A stretch of 64,000 nucleotides of DNA from Trichomonas gallinae (Eukaryota): assembly GCA_008369845.1 (NCBI GenBank), contig MRSU01005191.1:1-64000 (forward strand). The letters run 5' to 3'. Position numbers and translations under genes: made by a program. This document shows positions 53,974 to 64,000 of this stretch, piece by piece. Below the pieces are notes generated by a model. That model worked only from the letters and a program-made list of their open reading frames with translations, was not told the DNA's origin and searched no databases. Position 1 is the first letter of the stretch; each line of letters opens with the position of its first letter.

Positions 53974-55032
53974 TTAAACTCTGCAACATTCACATTCCTC
54001 ATCATTATTTTCGCCTAGAAGTGGGCGGGAATCTAGTCTCGATCTTCTTTTATATGAATTTGTTCTATTGCCTGTTCCATTTCCGCTTGTTCCTTCAGAA
54101 GAATAACTAGATTCGAAAGGTCTTTTCTGTTCTGTGCTAAATTCGTCATTTCCGTCCATCTGCAGGATTTGTGGGTGCCAATCCCATTCATCCTGTGGAT
54201 GTACGTGATTTTGTTCACATGCTTCGCGTAGAAGGTCATGAATGTATGCGTAGTTCGGTGAGTCGGTGAAACCGAGACTTTGTATATGATCCCAAATTTG
54301 GGATAATTGGTGAGCGATTTGATCTGAAAGGCTTGTTATCGATATCCTTCTTTTCATATGAAGTATTTCCGCGCGATTTTCGAGTTTCTTCCATGGAAGC
54401 GGGCCAGCCATGACGTCAATAATCAAATAAAACCAAGAAATGAGATCATCGCGGCGTGAAAGATCCTGGTGCATGTGAGCATTCGGTGAGGCGTACACAG
54501 CTGTGCCTCTGAAGCCAGGATGCGATCTTGCCGGTAGATGTCTTTCTGATTTTTTATCGATGTATATACGAGAAAGGCCGAAGTCTATGATTGCAATTGG
54601 AAACTCACGTGATCTGCGAAGTAATATATTCGATGGTTTAACATCTCTGTGAATAAATCCTTTTTTATGCATCGCTTCGAGACCGCAGAGGATTCCATCT
54701 GCGACACGAAGACCTGTGGACATAGATAGCCTCCCTGATGGCAGTCTTTTGATTACTGTCGAAAGAGAAGGCCCTAATAATTCCATAACTAGCCATGAAT
54801 ATGTTGTTGATCGTCCGAATGCTTTATATTTGGGAAAATACGGGGAAGGGTAGAGTCTTTTGAGTACATTCGCTTCGAGTTCAAGAATATTTTTCCGATT
54901 TGTAACTGGTTCCATCTTCAGTGCAAATATCTTGTTATCACCCGCATTCCTCACAGCGTATATCTCACCGAATGCACCGGCACCGATCTTGGGACCAATT
55001 GTAAAAGATTCAACGACACTTCCTGATAACAT
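53974..55032 (-). CDS. CK1-group protein kinase (TTBK-like) with Cys-rich C-terminus
   Basis: IGAGAFG, ALKME, LVMELLGPSL, HRDVKPSN, IDFGL, GTAVYAS, SRRDDL; ends ECECCRV. Confidence 0.95.
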   Translation of the reverse strand: MLSGSVVESFTIGPKIGAGAFGEIYAVRNAGDNKIFALKMEPVTNRKNILELEANVLKRLYPSPYFPKYKAFGRSTTYSWLVMELLGPSLSTVIKRLPSGRLSMSTGLRVADGILCGLEAMHKKGFIHRDVKPSNILLRRSREFPIAIIDFGLSRIYIDKKSERHLPARSHPGFRGTAVYASPNAHMHQDLSRRDDLISWFYLIIDVMAGPLPWKKLENRAEILHMKRRISITSLSDQIAHQLSQIWDHIQSLGFTDSPNYAYIHDLLREACEQNHVHPQDEWDWHPQILQMDGNDEFSTEQKRPFESSYSSEGTSGNGTGNRTNSYKRRSRLDSRPLLGENNDEECECCRV

Positions 55033-55046
55033 ATTTTTTTTTTAGA

Positions 55047-55091
55047 AAACGATTATTGTAAAGTTATTTTTGGCAAACGATTATTGTAAAG
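55047..55091. repeat. Exact 17-bp direct repeat AAACGATTATTGTAAAG just upstream of the CK1 ATG
   Basis: Copies at 55047-55063 and 55075-55091. Confidence 0.9.
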
Positions 55092-56436
55092 CCCAACATT
55101 TTTCTTTTTTCTTTTTTTTTTCTCTGGAAGACATAAATAAAATAGACATGGAAATAAACCAAAAATCACACAAACATGATTTACAATGCTCGTGTTGAAC
55201 AAGAATACGGTTTTATTCATACAAAATTCAATCTTTAATAATATATTTGCTAAATATTCGTTTTTTCAAGCTAGAAAATCATAGAATAAGTTAAGTACCT
55301 GCAAATTGATATATTGATGAACTGATATAAGCTGATTTCGCTGAGTATTTTTGGCATATTATTGAAATCATTCTCAATTTTCTTTGAATGAATACATTTT
55401 AATAATGTAATACTTTTTCTACCATTGTAAATACCTGTACTGACGATTTAACACGAATTAATAATAATTATTCAATTTTTGGATCTTTGAGTTGAACGTT
55501 ATAAATAATGTTTATGTTGAGTTTGTTTAGTTACCATGCAGAATTTTGTGATAATCACGAATAATAAACATAAACTAAATTTCAAAATTCTATATTAGGC
55601 GAAGTTGACCGATTTATAAACATCAATTTGGTAACGAATAATACACATATATAGCAAAATAACTATACCATTATTTTTGCATTTGTAAAACAGATTACAT
55701 TACGTAATGGGTACTCGTTAGTCGATGCTCTTAAATATCCACTCAATGGGTTACTCACATCAATAATATTTGATTAGCAGATTTTATATTCATGGACAAT
55801 TTTTCAAAGTCATAAAAAATTTAATGCGAATATCGGCGTATCTCCAAATTAAATATCATAAGCAAGTCCTAACAATAGCCGCTTTGCAATAAACATTTGA
55901 TCTAAAGTCCATACTTTTCACACCGGTGTAAAAAAAATTATTATATTTTACTATATATATGGACAGAATTATCACAAATTACTCTTTACTGATAGAAACC
56001 TTCCTAAGTGCTCAAAAATCTCAATTCTAAAGTTTCTATTGAAAAAATATATTGTTTGGTAGTCCACTAATTAACTCTAAGGAAATACTGGATCAGTGGT
56101 TGATGAGAGTTTTCAATCATCTCTGTGATTATTTTATGTGCATATTTTTATTTATCGTTTAATTAGGCTAGATATAATATACACGCGACATCGCATAATT
56201 TTAATTTTTTATATGAAAATTTTAAGCTATTTTATTTCCTCTTTTTTTTGGATATTATTGGAGCAATTTAACAATGGCGCCAATTCAGTTTGAATAATGA
56301 TTTATGAATGGATCCAATTTTTAAAATTTCATCTCAAAAGTGTAAATTCAATTCCACAGCCATCTAAATTCCAATAGGATTGCCATAATTCACCGTATTT
56401 TTGAGCAAATAAAATCAGCTCTCAAAAAGTTGTAAA

Positions 56437-57270
56437 ATGACTTGCTGTGCGTTTGCGATGCGTATTGTTATAGGCCTTTTCGGCCTCCTGGTTGCAATTA
56501 TTTGCGCCGCCATTGTGGCTATCACTATTACAGGCATGCCAGATGATAGACCAGAAAAACATTTTCAACTCCCTGGGTATTACAAATTTTACCTTAATAT
56601 GCCGTTAGATGCTGGTCTTATTATCGCAACGATTGTTTTGTCCCTTCTTGTTCTCATTTTATCACTTACAGTTTGCTGTGTCAAGTCTAAGGGTATCCGT
56701 ATCACAGATTTAATTTTTGCAATTATTGCTATCATTCCACCTATCATCATTGCTTATGGCGTTTATAAAAATCAATATCTTTTTGTCAATCCTAAAGGAG
56801 AAGAATATTTCAAGTCTGGTACAAATGTTGAAACAGCTAATCTTAAAGATCTCAAGTTAAATGAAATACAGAAGGCTACAAAAGAAATGGTTATTGATCT
56901 TAAATGCTGTTGGTGGGGTCATAACGCTTCTGATGCTGGCTCCAGCATTCTTAATGGCAATTTGAAAGATTTAGGAGACTTAACTAAACAAGCAGCTGTT
57001 TGTACTGCCTACCAGGGTGCTGGATCAGTAGAAACGGGAACAAATAAATTCGGTTTCACTGATTGCAAAGCAAAATTAGCTTATGAACATCTTTACACGC
57101 CATATTATCGTATACTACAGTCGGGATCTATAGGGCTCGCAGTTATAATCCTAATTCTCATTATTATTTTAATAATCTCCCTTTGCATCCCACAACGTGA
57201 TTATGAGGGAGGTGGTCGTGCATCCAGTTCAAGCTCATCTTCATTTAGCTCTAGCAGCAGCAGCTCTTAA
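56437..57270 (+). CDS. Divergent tetraspanin-like protein with poly-Ser tail
   Basis: Four TM helices; large loop with KCCWWG and two further Cys (AVC, DCK); Ser run at the C-terminus. Confidence 0.8.
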   Translation: MTCCAFAMRIVIGLFGLLVAIICAAIVAITITGMPDDRPEKHFQLPGYYKFYLNMPLDAGLIIATIVLSLLVLILSLTVCCVKSKGIRITDLIFAIIAIIPPIIIAYGVYKNQYLFVNPKGEEYFKSGTNVETANLKDLKLNEIQKATKEMVIDLKCCWWGHNASDAGSSILNGNLKDLGDLTKQAAVCTAYQGAGSVETGTNKFGFTDCKAKLAYEHLYTPYYRILQSGSIGLAVIILILIIILIISLCIPQRDYEGGGRASSSSSSSFSSSSSSS

Positions 57271-57457
57271 TCATTTTTATATAATTTATTCACCATTTTA
57301 AACATATTTTATTGTTCTAATGATTTATTTTTTTTTTAAAACATACAAGCCGATTAATAATCAACTAAGCTATCAGTAATATTCTGACCAAAATTTCACT
57401 ATATTAGAGAAATTTTTTAAATAATAAACAATATAAAATAAAAACACGAAGATAGAG

Positions 57458-58495
57458 TTATTGGAATGGAGCTGCAAATAGCGGTAAATTAGACTTGGTT
57501 GAATCAGCACTCTGGAACTTGTAATTTGAATCACAAACAATTCCATGGATATGTTGGATTGGTGTATCATCTGGTATATTAGGGGCATTGAAAGGAGGAA
57601 ATTTCGGAAGTTTCATCATGTCTGCTTGCTTTATATATGGATGATCCATGACTTCATAAATTGAGTAACGTTTTGACGGATGAACTACTAACATATGCAT
57701 TATTAGATCCCATAGAACATCATCGCAGTCATCAGGCTTCTTAAGAACTGAAGATTCAATCGATCTAACAATTTCGAAGACATTGCTGCCAGTAAATGGC
57801 AGTTTGTTGAAAGATAACTCGTATAAGGTTACTCCTAAGGACCAAACATCTTCTTTACATGGATCGATTTCTTCTTCTTCTTCTTCATATTCACATGTAT
57901 CATCAACTACTTCTGGCGACTGGTATGCTGGCGTGCCGACAACCGTCGCTGCGCTTTGAAACGATCTGCCAACACCGAAATCCGAGATTAAAATCGAGCC
58001 ATCCGATTTTAAAAGGATGTTGGCTGGCTTTAGATCTTGATGGACGATTTTATGATCATGTAGAAACATAACCCCTTCAGCAATTTGCTTGAATAATGCA
58101 CAAATTTCTTCAGGGGAAAATTTAAAATTTGATTTTATTGCTTGGTCGAGGTTTCCGCAGTTTGCATAGTCGATAATCAGATAAACTATTTCTCTTTCCG
58201 GTACGTGAATGACTTCATGAAGCGAAACGACGTATTTGCATTTTATCTGTCTTAATATTTCGATTTCCCTCTCCAATTGATGGATGCCAGTTGATGACCT
58301 AACGAAAGACTTTAAGCTTATTCGCTTAATTGCGTAGTATTTGTTAGAATTTATATCGAGCCCGAGAAATACTTTGGAAAAAGAGCCTTCTCCGATCAAA
58401 CATATTTCCTTGTATTGGTTTATCTGCTTAACCATTCCACTTCCGTTTTCGTAAGCAAGCTCTACAACTGCCTGTCCAGATATGGAACGGCGCAT
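57458..58495 (-). CDS. CAMK-group protein kinase (CAMKK/LKB1-like, non-RD)
   Basis: IGEGSFSKV, AIK, HQDLKPAN, SDFG, GTPAYQSPE, DVWSLG; TCATT initiator upstream. Confidence 0.93.
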   Translation of the reverse strand: MRRSISGQAVVELAYENGSGMVKQINQYKEICLIGEGSFSKVFLGLDINSNKYYAIKRISLKSFVRSSTGIHQLEREIEILRQIKCKYVVSLHEVIHVPEREIVYLIIDYANCGNLDQAIKSNFKFSPEEICALFKQIAEGVMFLHDHKIVHQDLKPANILLKSDGSILISDFGVGRSFQSAATVVGTPAYQSPEVVDDTCEYEEEEEEIDPCKEDVWSLGVTLYELSFNKLPFTGSNVFEIVRSIESSVLKKPDDCDDVLWDLIMHMLVVHPSKRYSIYEVMDHPYIKQADMMKLPKFPPFNAPNIPDDTPIQHIHGIVCDSNYKFQSADSTKSNLPLFAAPFQ

Positions 58496-58629
58496 TATAG
58501 AAATAATGAAAAAACACGTGCTTACATTGTTATATTGATTATAAACTGATGAAATATAAAAAGATTTTTGATAATTTACAATAATATAAAAATATAAAAT
58601 TAATTATCTAATTTCGAAGTTATTCAAAA

Positions 58630-61600
58630 TTATATGACAAATTGCTTCATGAATTCGATATCATCGGCCTTCAGTTTTTGTGAGCTGTTAAGGATATTCT
58701 TAATATTCAACTTTGAATTTTCATCTAATTTTCCTGTTTTTTCAAGAACGGCTTTGATACCATTTATAGCGCTATCAATTCTCCATTGGACTTGTGTTCT
58801 AAGGATTTCATCACAACAGAAAGATACAATGCTTTGATAATCGACAATATCAATTTTGCATTTTTCTTGAAGAGCTACAATAGATTCGAAGAATTCTCTC
58901 CATCCATAATACAATTCTCCAATAACTAAGTTTGTTCCATGATTATTATCTAATTCGAGCATAATTGAAGCAACGAAGTCCTGCATATGTTCAACAAACT
59001 TCTCTGAGTATTTCAGGAATATTTCCATGATCTCAGGATTCGATACAGTACTTTTAACAATTATATTAAATGTTGGAATAAATTGAGGAATTATAGTCAT
59101 AATCCTCTCCATTCCATTGAAGTAAATATCATAAACTTCATTAGAACACTTTTTTTCGACGACCAATAAATAAAATTTCTGCATGAAATTTGATGATTCT
59201 TTCAAAGACGCGAAGCCTTTGTTGGCTGCTTTAGCTAATAACTCCTCTATTCCCTTGATTCCGAATGTCTCAACAACACTTACCAATAATTGGTAGCACT
59301 TTTCCGTCAGTTTTTGCTCATTTCTGTTGATTGGTGTCAAACCACATAATGCGAAGTCAGATTTCCAATTTTCTTTAGCTATGCTTATTTTCGTTTTGTT
59401 AACTAATACTCTCGCCACATCTAATAGGCATTCTTTCACTGTTGTTTTAGCGTCGACGTCCGATTTTCCTATTCCCGTGATTATTCCGTCGACAAGAGCT
59501 GCCTTGAGAGTTTTAAGGAATGCGTTTTGTATTCTGATGTATAAATCGTCTTCATGTCTCGTTCTTGTGAAAAGATGGGCAACAGACAAAACAAAATCTG
59601 CTGCCCTTTGGTCTTCTGTTAGCTGTAGAAGCAACAAAACGTGAGGAATTCTTGAGAAATAAAGGTCAAACTGTTTCGGAGCTTTGTCGAGAGAAATCAA
59701 GTCAGCATATAACCCAACGGTATTCAATCTCGATGAAAGAGACATCGTGTGCACATGTGGATACTCACTCTCATACTTCTGCATCAAGTAGGGGACAACC
59801 TGCATAACAGTCCTAAGCACATTGAAGTAGACTTTTCTGGCGAATGGGAATTTCGTCATTCTAAATGCTTCGAGTACTTCCCTTATGATGTCTATATTGT
59901 TTGAAAGGGATGAACCAGCGCAAACACTCAGCAATGCCTTGAAAAACAGTCCCATGTAGTATAATGTGTAAGTGTCTGTGCTGATTGGTGTGTGGATGAT
60001 ATTCAGCAAGAAGGTGAATTGATCGACAGTGAAGGCTTGATCAGTGAATAATGTGAAGTGCTCGTTGAATAAGTTCGACAAAGAATATAACGCGTAAGGA
60101 GCTGTTCTCTTCTCTTTCATGAGCGCCATCACTTCCATCATCATCTGGTATAAATATGATGTATCAACCGTCCGAGAAAGTCCGAAAATTGATCCATAGA
60201 CTATGCATTTGAATCTCACTGATATGCTTTGACACTTGTTGATGATGAGTTTGATTTGTTCTTCGTCGTAATAGTAATTCAAGTACATGGCGATGTTTTC
60301 TGAGATGATCTGTAATTTTCTGTTTGTCTCTGTCTCGTATATTTGGCCAATCATGAATTTTAATAAATGATGATCAAAAATTTTCGCTGTTATTTCGTCT
60401 TTCAGTAAAGCATTGATTAATAATATCGAAACTTTAAGCGGTGTTTCGTTTTTGAACAAAAATTCCATCATTTTCGCACGATTTGATTCTGGAATCGCTT
60501 TTACATAATCAGAGAAGTTCTGTACTATTCTGATTGTCAAGTCTTCGAGTGGTACATCGAGAAATGCTGACGGGAACTTGGGAATTTTAAGCTGAATTCC
60601 ATCCAATAGGCTTCTTTTTGAAATCATCGGTTTTTGCGCGATGTGGTCCAGAAATTCGGGCAACGGATCTATAGTTAATATGATTGGCTGCAGCTTAGCA
60701 ACAATCCTTAATAAAATCGACGGAGCACTTTGCATTTTAGGAAAAGCGAGAAATGCAGCTAATGCAACAACTCTTGAGTTGAAAGTATCGTGGTTGAGCA
60801 TCAGGAGGAATGTTTTATCTGCTTTAGCGATGTATGGATGACCTGCGAGGAATACTGAAACGCATTCGCCGAGAAATTGAGATTTTTCTTTCATTTCTGG
60901 AGTAGAGATCGGAGTATCCTTGAAAATCGCTCTGAAGCTCTTCAAAGCTAGGAAAACAGACTCTAATGGGATGCTTTCCGGTGGCAAAGCGCTCATTAAA
61001 ATAAATCCAGCTGCAAAATCAATATCGAAGACTTCTGCTTCTTCCAAAGCGCGATGTAAGAATGTATTAATGTTCTTTTCGTTGCTAGATATGATCGATT
61101 GCTTAATTTCTGTGCTAGAAATGATATGAGCTGCAATTAAAGCTTTTGCGACTATATTTCTCTTCATATTTTCCAATCCTTCAGGTGGCAATGCGAGAAA
61201 TGTCGTTGCAGACTCTAAGAACTTGCCAGCTAATTCATGATTTTGTTCATAAAGATTAAAGAAGAAACTTGAGCCAATTATTGACTTTTCTTTATCCGGC
61301 GAAGAAGCCATTTCATACGCAATTGTGGCGACGTTGAATGCTGACTGTTGATCCCAGCAAAGATTATTAAATATTTGTAATTGAGTTTGCATGAATTCTT
61401 GGTGCTCGATGTATTTATAAAGGTTCTGCCTGTGTATTGGCAACAACATTTTCGATATCATAGATAAAAATACTGGACAATAATCAAGAATGAAATTCGT
61501 AATCAGTTCTATGTGAAATTGTATGAAATCTATGTTAAGAAGGGGCAGGAAATGCTTGAAAACAGTGTAAATTTCATGTGGAAAGAATACAATAATTTGA

Positions 61601-62325
61601 ATTGCTCGTTTCATGTTTTTATCGCTTCCATCATGGCGTATAACGCTAAAAGCAATGAATGCGACAAATCTACAAACATATTCGATGACAAATAAAGATT
61701 TTGTTTTTTCGTAAATTGATTTCGCCATAATAAGAAAATCATCTGGCTCGCACGTTGATATTTTTGTGAGTTTTATCAGTAATTTTAGCGAATACATTAA
61801 AGTTGTGTCATCATCATTATTTATTGCTTTTTTCAGCATATGTATTGTTGGCTCAATATATTGATTTATAGATTGGATATTTCGTGAAAAACAATACTTG
61901 AGGCTGAATAAAACTGGGTCAACATGCGTAAAACTTTGTGCAATTAAATTTGATACAAGTGTCGGCAGTAAATTTTCCATTTTTGATTCATTTTCCTTGA
62001 TTATTATGCCTATTGCAAACAAAATAGATTGTTTAGGATCCTCTAATAGTCGATTTAATGATTGTTCAAAATTATATTGCGAATTTTTTTGGAGAAGGAG
62101 CGAAATACAATGTCCAATAGAACATGAACACTGCAAACTAAGGTTTCCTGAGTTTATTTTCATCAAAGACAGAAAAGCTGAGATAGTTTCATTAAATAAT
62201 TTCTCATCTGGTGAAGATGAGACGATGTTTTCGTAGTTTTTGAGCTTGTCTAGTATAATACGCTCCGCTGGATAAAGGTTCTTCTTCCCAGCAAGTTCTA
62301 AAATCGATTTATTGAAATTATCCAT
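58630..62325 (-). CDS. Large alpha-solenoid (HEAT/ARM-like) protein, 1231 aa
   Basis: Long ORF of amphipathic helices rich in L/I/F; no catalytic motifs seen. Confidence 0.8.
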   Translation of the reverse strand: MDNFNKSILELAGKKNLYPAERIILDKLKNYENIVSSSPDEKLFNETISAFLSLMKINSGNLSLQCSCSIGHCISLLLQKNSQYNFEQSLNRLLEDPKQSILFAIGIIIKENESKMENLLPTLVSNLIAQSFTHVDPVLFSLKYCFSRNIQSINQYIEPTIHMLKKAINNDDDTTLMYSLKLLIKLTKISTCEPDDFLIMAKSIYEKTKSLFVIEYVCRFVAFIAFSVIRHDGSDKNMKRAIQIIVFFPHEIYTVFKHFLPLLNIDFIQFHIELITNFILDYCPVFLSMISKMLLPIHRQNLYKYIEHQEFMQTQLQIFNNLCWDQQSAFNVATIAYEMASSPDKEKSIIGSSFFFNLYEQNHELAGKFLESATTFLALPPEGLENMKRNIVAKALIAAHIISSTEIKQSIISSNEKNINTFLHRALEEAEVFDIDFAAGFILMSALPPESIPLESVFLALKSFRAIFKDTPISTPEMKEKSQFLGECVSVFLAGHPYIAKADKTFLLMLNHDTFNSRVVALAAFLAFPKMQSAPSILLRIVAKLQPIILTIDPLPEFLDHIAQKPMISKRSLLDGIQLKIPKFPSAFLDVPLEDLTIRIVQNFSDYVKAIPESNRAKMMEFLFKNETPLKVSILLINALLKDEITAKIFDHHLLKFMIGQIYETETNRKLQIISENIAMYLNYYYDEEQIKLIINKCQSISVRFKCIVYGSIFGLSRTVDTSYLYQMMMEVMALMKEKRTAPYALYSLSNLFNEHFTLFTDQAFTVDQFTFLLNIIHTPISTDTYTLYYMGLFFKALLSVCAGSSLSNNIDIIREVLEAFRMTKFPFARKVYFNVLRTVMQVVPYLMQKYESEYPHVHTMSLSSRLNTVGLYADLISLDKAPKQFDLYFSRIPHVLLLLQLTEDQRAADFVLSVAHLFTRTRHEDDLYIRIQNAFLKTLKAALVDGIITGIGKSDVDAKTTVKECLLDVARVLVNKTKISIAKENWKSDFALCGLTPINRNEQKLTEKCYQLLVSVVETFGIKGIEELLAKAANKGFASLKESSNFMQKFYLLVVEKKCSNEVYDIYFNGMERIMTIIPQFIPTFNIIVKSTVSNPEIMEIFLKYSEKFVEHMQDFVASIMLELDNNHGTNLVIGELYYGWREFFESIVALQEKCKIDIVDYQSIVSFCCDEILRTQVQWRIDSAINGIKAVLEKTGKLDENSKLNIKNILNSSQKLKADDIEFMKQFVI

Positions 62326-63073
62326 TTTTGATTATTTTATCGGAAAATTGACAAAATTAATAATTCAACCAAAAACATCAAAAATGGTATATTTATAACA
62401 GTTTTCATGCATAACATAAGAATTTACTGTTATTTCATGCATTTTGCATTGATATTTTTATGAAAATGAAAAACATCTGTTTCAAGTCCTTTTAACTATT
62501 TCATAATGATTGATACATCATTATCAAGGGTTTAATTGATGGAAATCATACCCACAATGAAAATATATTTTCAAAATTTTATTTTGTTGAAAAAGGAGAA
62601 TCCTATCAATCCCATGAATTAAAATATTGTCAATGTTTATTGTTTCAATGATTAAAATTATATATACCGTGAGAATATTTCCAAAATTAATTTTCATCAA
62701 ATAGGGGAATTCTAACAATTCCATGAAATAAAATACATTTATATTTAATGATTTCAATGATGTAAATCACTTGATTAGTAATATTAGAATTCAAGAAAGT
62801 ATATATGCTTTCAGCACATTCATTTGAACTTCACAACTCATTATCATTGATTACACTGATCTGAACCCTCAAGCAATAAACAATTTGCTTTTTGAATAAA
62901 AAATCCAAACCAAGCTGTTTCTTGTTGTTAATATTTCATGCTCATTTTCACAATAAATATTTCCTATACACATTTCTTTCCAATATTAAAAAATGATAAA
63001 AAATATTACGAATAATTATATTAAAAAAATTTGAAATTTTTAGTTATTTGGTAAAAAAGGGAGTTAAAATGAA

Positions 63074-63577
63074 TTAGAACTTTTTAACACGGCGATGGCA
63101 ATATGGTGTTTTGCCAGTCTTGTCGTAATAGAACTGATGGTAGTCTTCAGCGCCCCAGAATGTTGTGGCTGGTGTAAGTTTGGTGTGAACTTCATGTCCT
63201 TTCGATACTAAAATATCGATAATTTTCTTTGCGGTCTCTTTTTGCATTTCACTTGTGTAAAAGATCTCACTGCGGTACTGTGGGCCAATATCTGGACCCT
63301 GGCCATCAGTTTGGCCAGGATTGTGAATTTCGAAGAAAACCTTGCAAAGTTCCTCGAATGAGACTTGCTTTGGATCGAATTCAACGAATACACCTTCTGC
63401 GTGACCTGTTGTATGTGAGCAAACTTCTTTGTATGTTGGATTTTCCTTTTTGCCTCCAATGTAGCCGCAAACTGTGTTCTTTACGCCTGGGATCTTCTCG
63501 AAATTATACTGAACACCCCAGAAGCATCCGCATGCGAAAATTGCTGTCTCAAAGAGTGGATTCGTTGATTTTATCAT
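63074..63577 (-). CDS. msrA: Peptide methionine sulfoxide reductase A
   Basis: GCFWG catalytic motif, GYIGG, NPTYKEVC, TGHAE, QGPDIGPQYRS, AEDYHQ, PYCH. Confidence 0.97.
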   Translation of the reverse strand: MIKSTNPLFETAIFACGCFWGVQYNFEKIPGVKNTVCGYIGGKKENPTYKEVCSHTTGHAEGVFVEFDPKQVSFEELCKVFFEIHNPGQTDGQGPDIGPQYRSEIFYTSEMQKETAKKIIDILVSKGHEVHTKLTPATTFWGAEDYHQFYYDKTGKTPYCHRRVKKF

Positions 63578-63727
63578 GTAATGAAAAAAATGTCAAAATT
63601 TTTCTGATTTTTTTTATATTGAGCCGGCCCACGATATTTTTGTAGTGTTCATCAACCAAAATCGAAAATATAAGCATTTTAGACACAGACACAGATAATA
63701 CACACGATCACATATTATAAAAATTAT

Positions 63728-63820
63728 TTGACACTTTACATTATAAAGTTTTTGAAAAGTGACATATTTTAAATTTTTTTGACACTTTACATTGTAAAAG
63801 TTTTTGGAAAGTGACAAAAT
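63728..63820. repeat. Tandem ~50-bp duplication, each unit TTTGACACTTTACATT...AAAGTGACA
   Basis: Units start at 63728 and 63778; upstream of msrA. Confidence 0.85.
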
Positions 63821-64000
63821 AGATCTCAATGTTCGAAATATCACAGTTTTGTACATAAAAGGGCTACTATTTAGTGTTTATCAGTTTTGGACACTATACG
63901 ACTGAGTTCCATTCATAAAACTTAGTATAATATGGATACGTATGTTTTTGCAAACAATTAGCGAATAATGTTTTTGAAACATTTGCTATTCGATTAATAT

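Noticed and set aside
4702..63645. Many 60-190 aa ORFs antisense to or overlapping the long genes (e.g. 49464..50033, 50291..50812, 51818..52336, 46726..47259, 63229..63645)
   Set aside because: Shadow frames of real CDSs, mostly with non-ATG starts and no recognisable motifs.
1..64000. Spliceosomal introns and Maverick, mariner or Mutator elements
   Set aside because: I did not spot the ACTAACACACAG-type intron end, transposase or integrase ORFs, or terminal inverted repeats; a by-eye scan could miss short or decayed ones.

Overview
AT-rich eukaryotic DNA with densely packed, apparently intron-free genes. It is most consistent with a trichomonad (Trichomonas or a close parabasalid). This is an inference from TCATT/TCATA initiator-like motifs just before several ATGs, AAAGTGAC promoter motifs, many TAA stops extending to TAAA, and typical gene families (saposin-like, Pmp-like, ankyrin relics, CARMIL-like LRR, B-box/TLDc, tetraspanin-like, coiled-coil proteins). 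About 35 protein genes, one tRNA-His(GUG) and several decayed gene relics are supported. I saw no intact transposon, CRISPR array or rRNA, and I cannot point to one clear-cut new multi-gene system. The best leads are: (i) an orientation-biased upstream element TTTG(A/C)CATGTAA and other promoter motif arrays; (ii) a Pmp-like gene whose Inr-linked ATG joins the main ORF only by a -1 shift at an A_AAU_UUU heptamer; (iii) several apparent pseudoenzymes (acylated pseudo-GTPase, PH-pseudokinase, TBC-like pseudo-GAP, PARP-like domain); (iv) two related acylated microproteins near a LAMTOR5-like gene; (v) a motorless dynein-tail-like protein with a relic paralogue beside it; (vi) a GIGYF-like eIF4E-binding candidate lacking a GYF domain; (vii) a bacterial-type MsrA; (viii) candidate structured ncRNAs. 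All family assignments are by eye and need HMM or structure confirmation.
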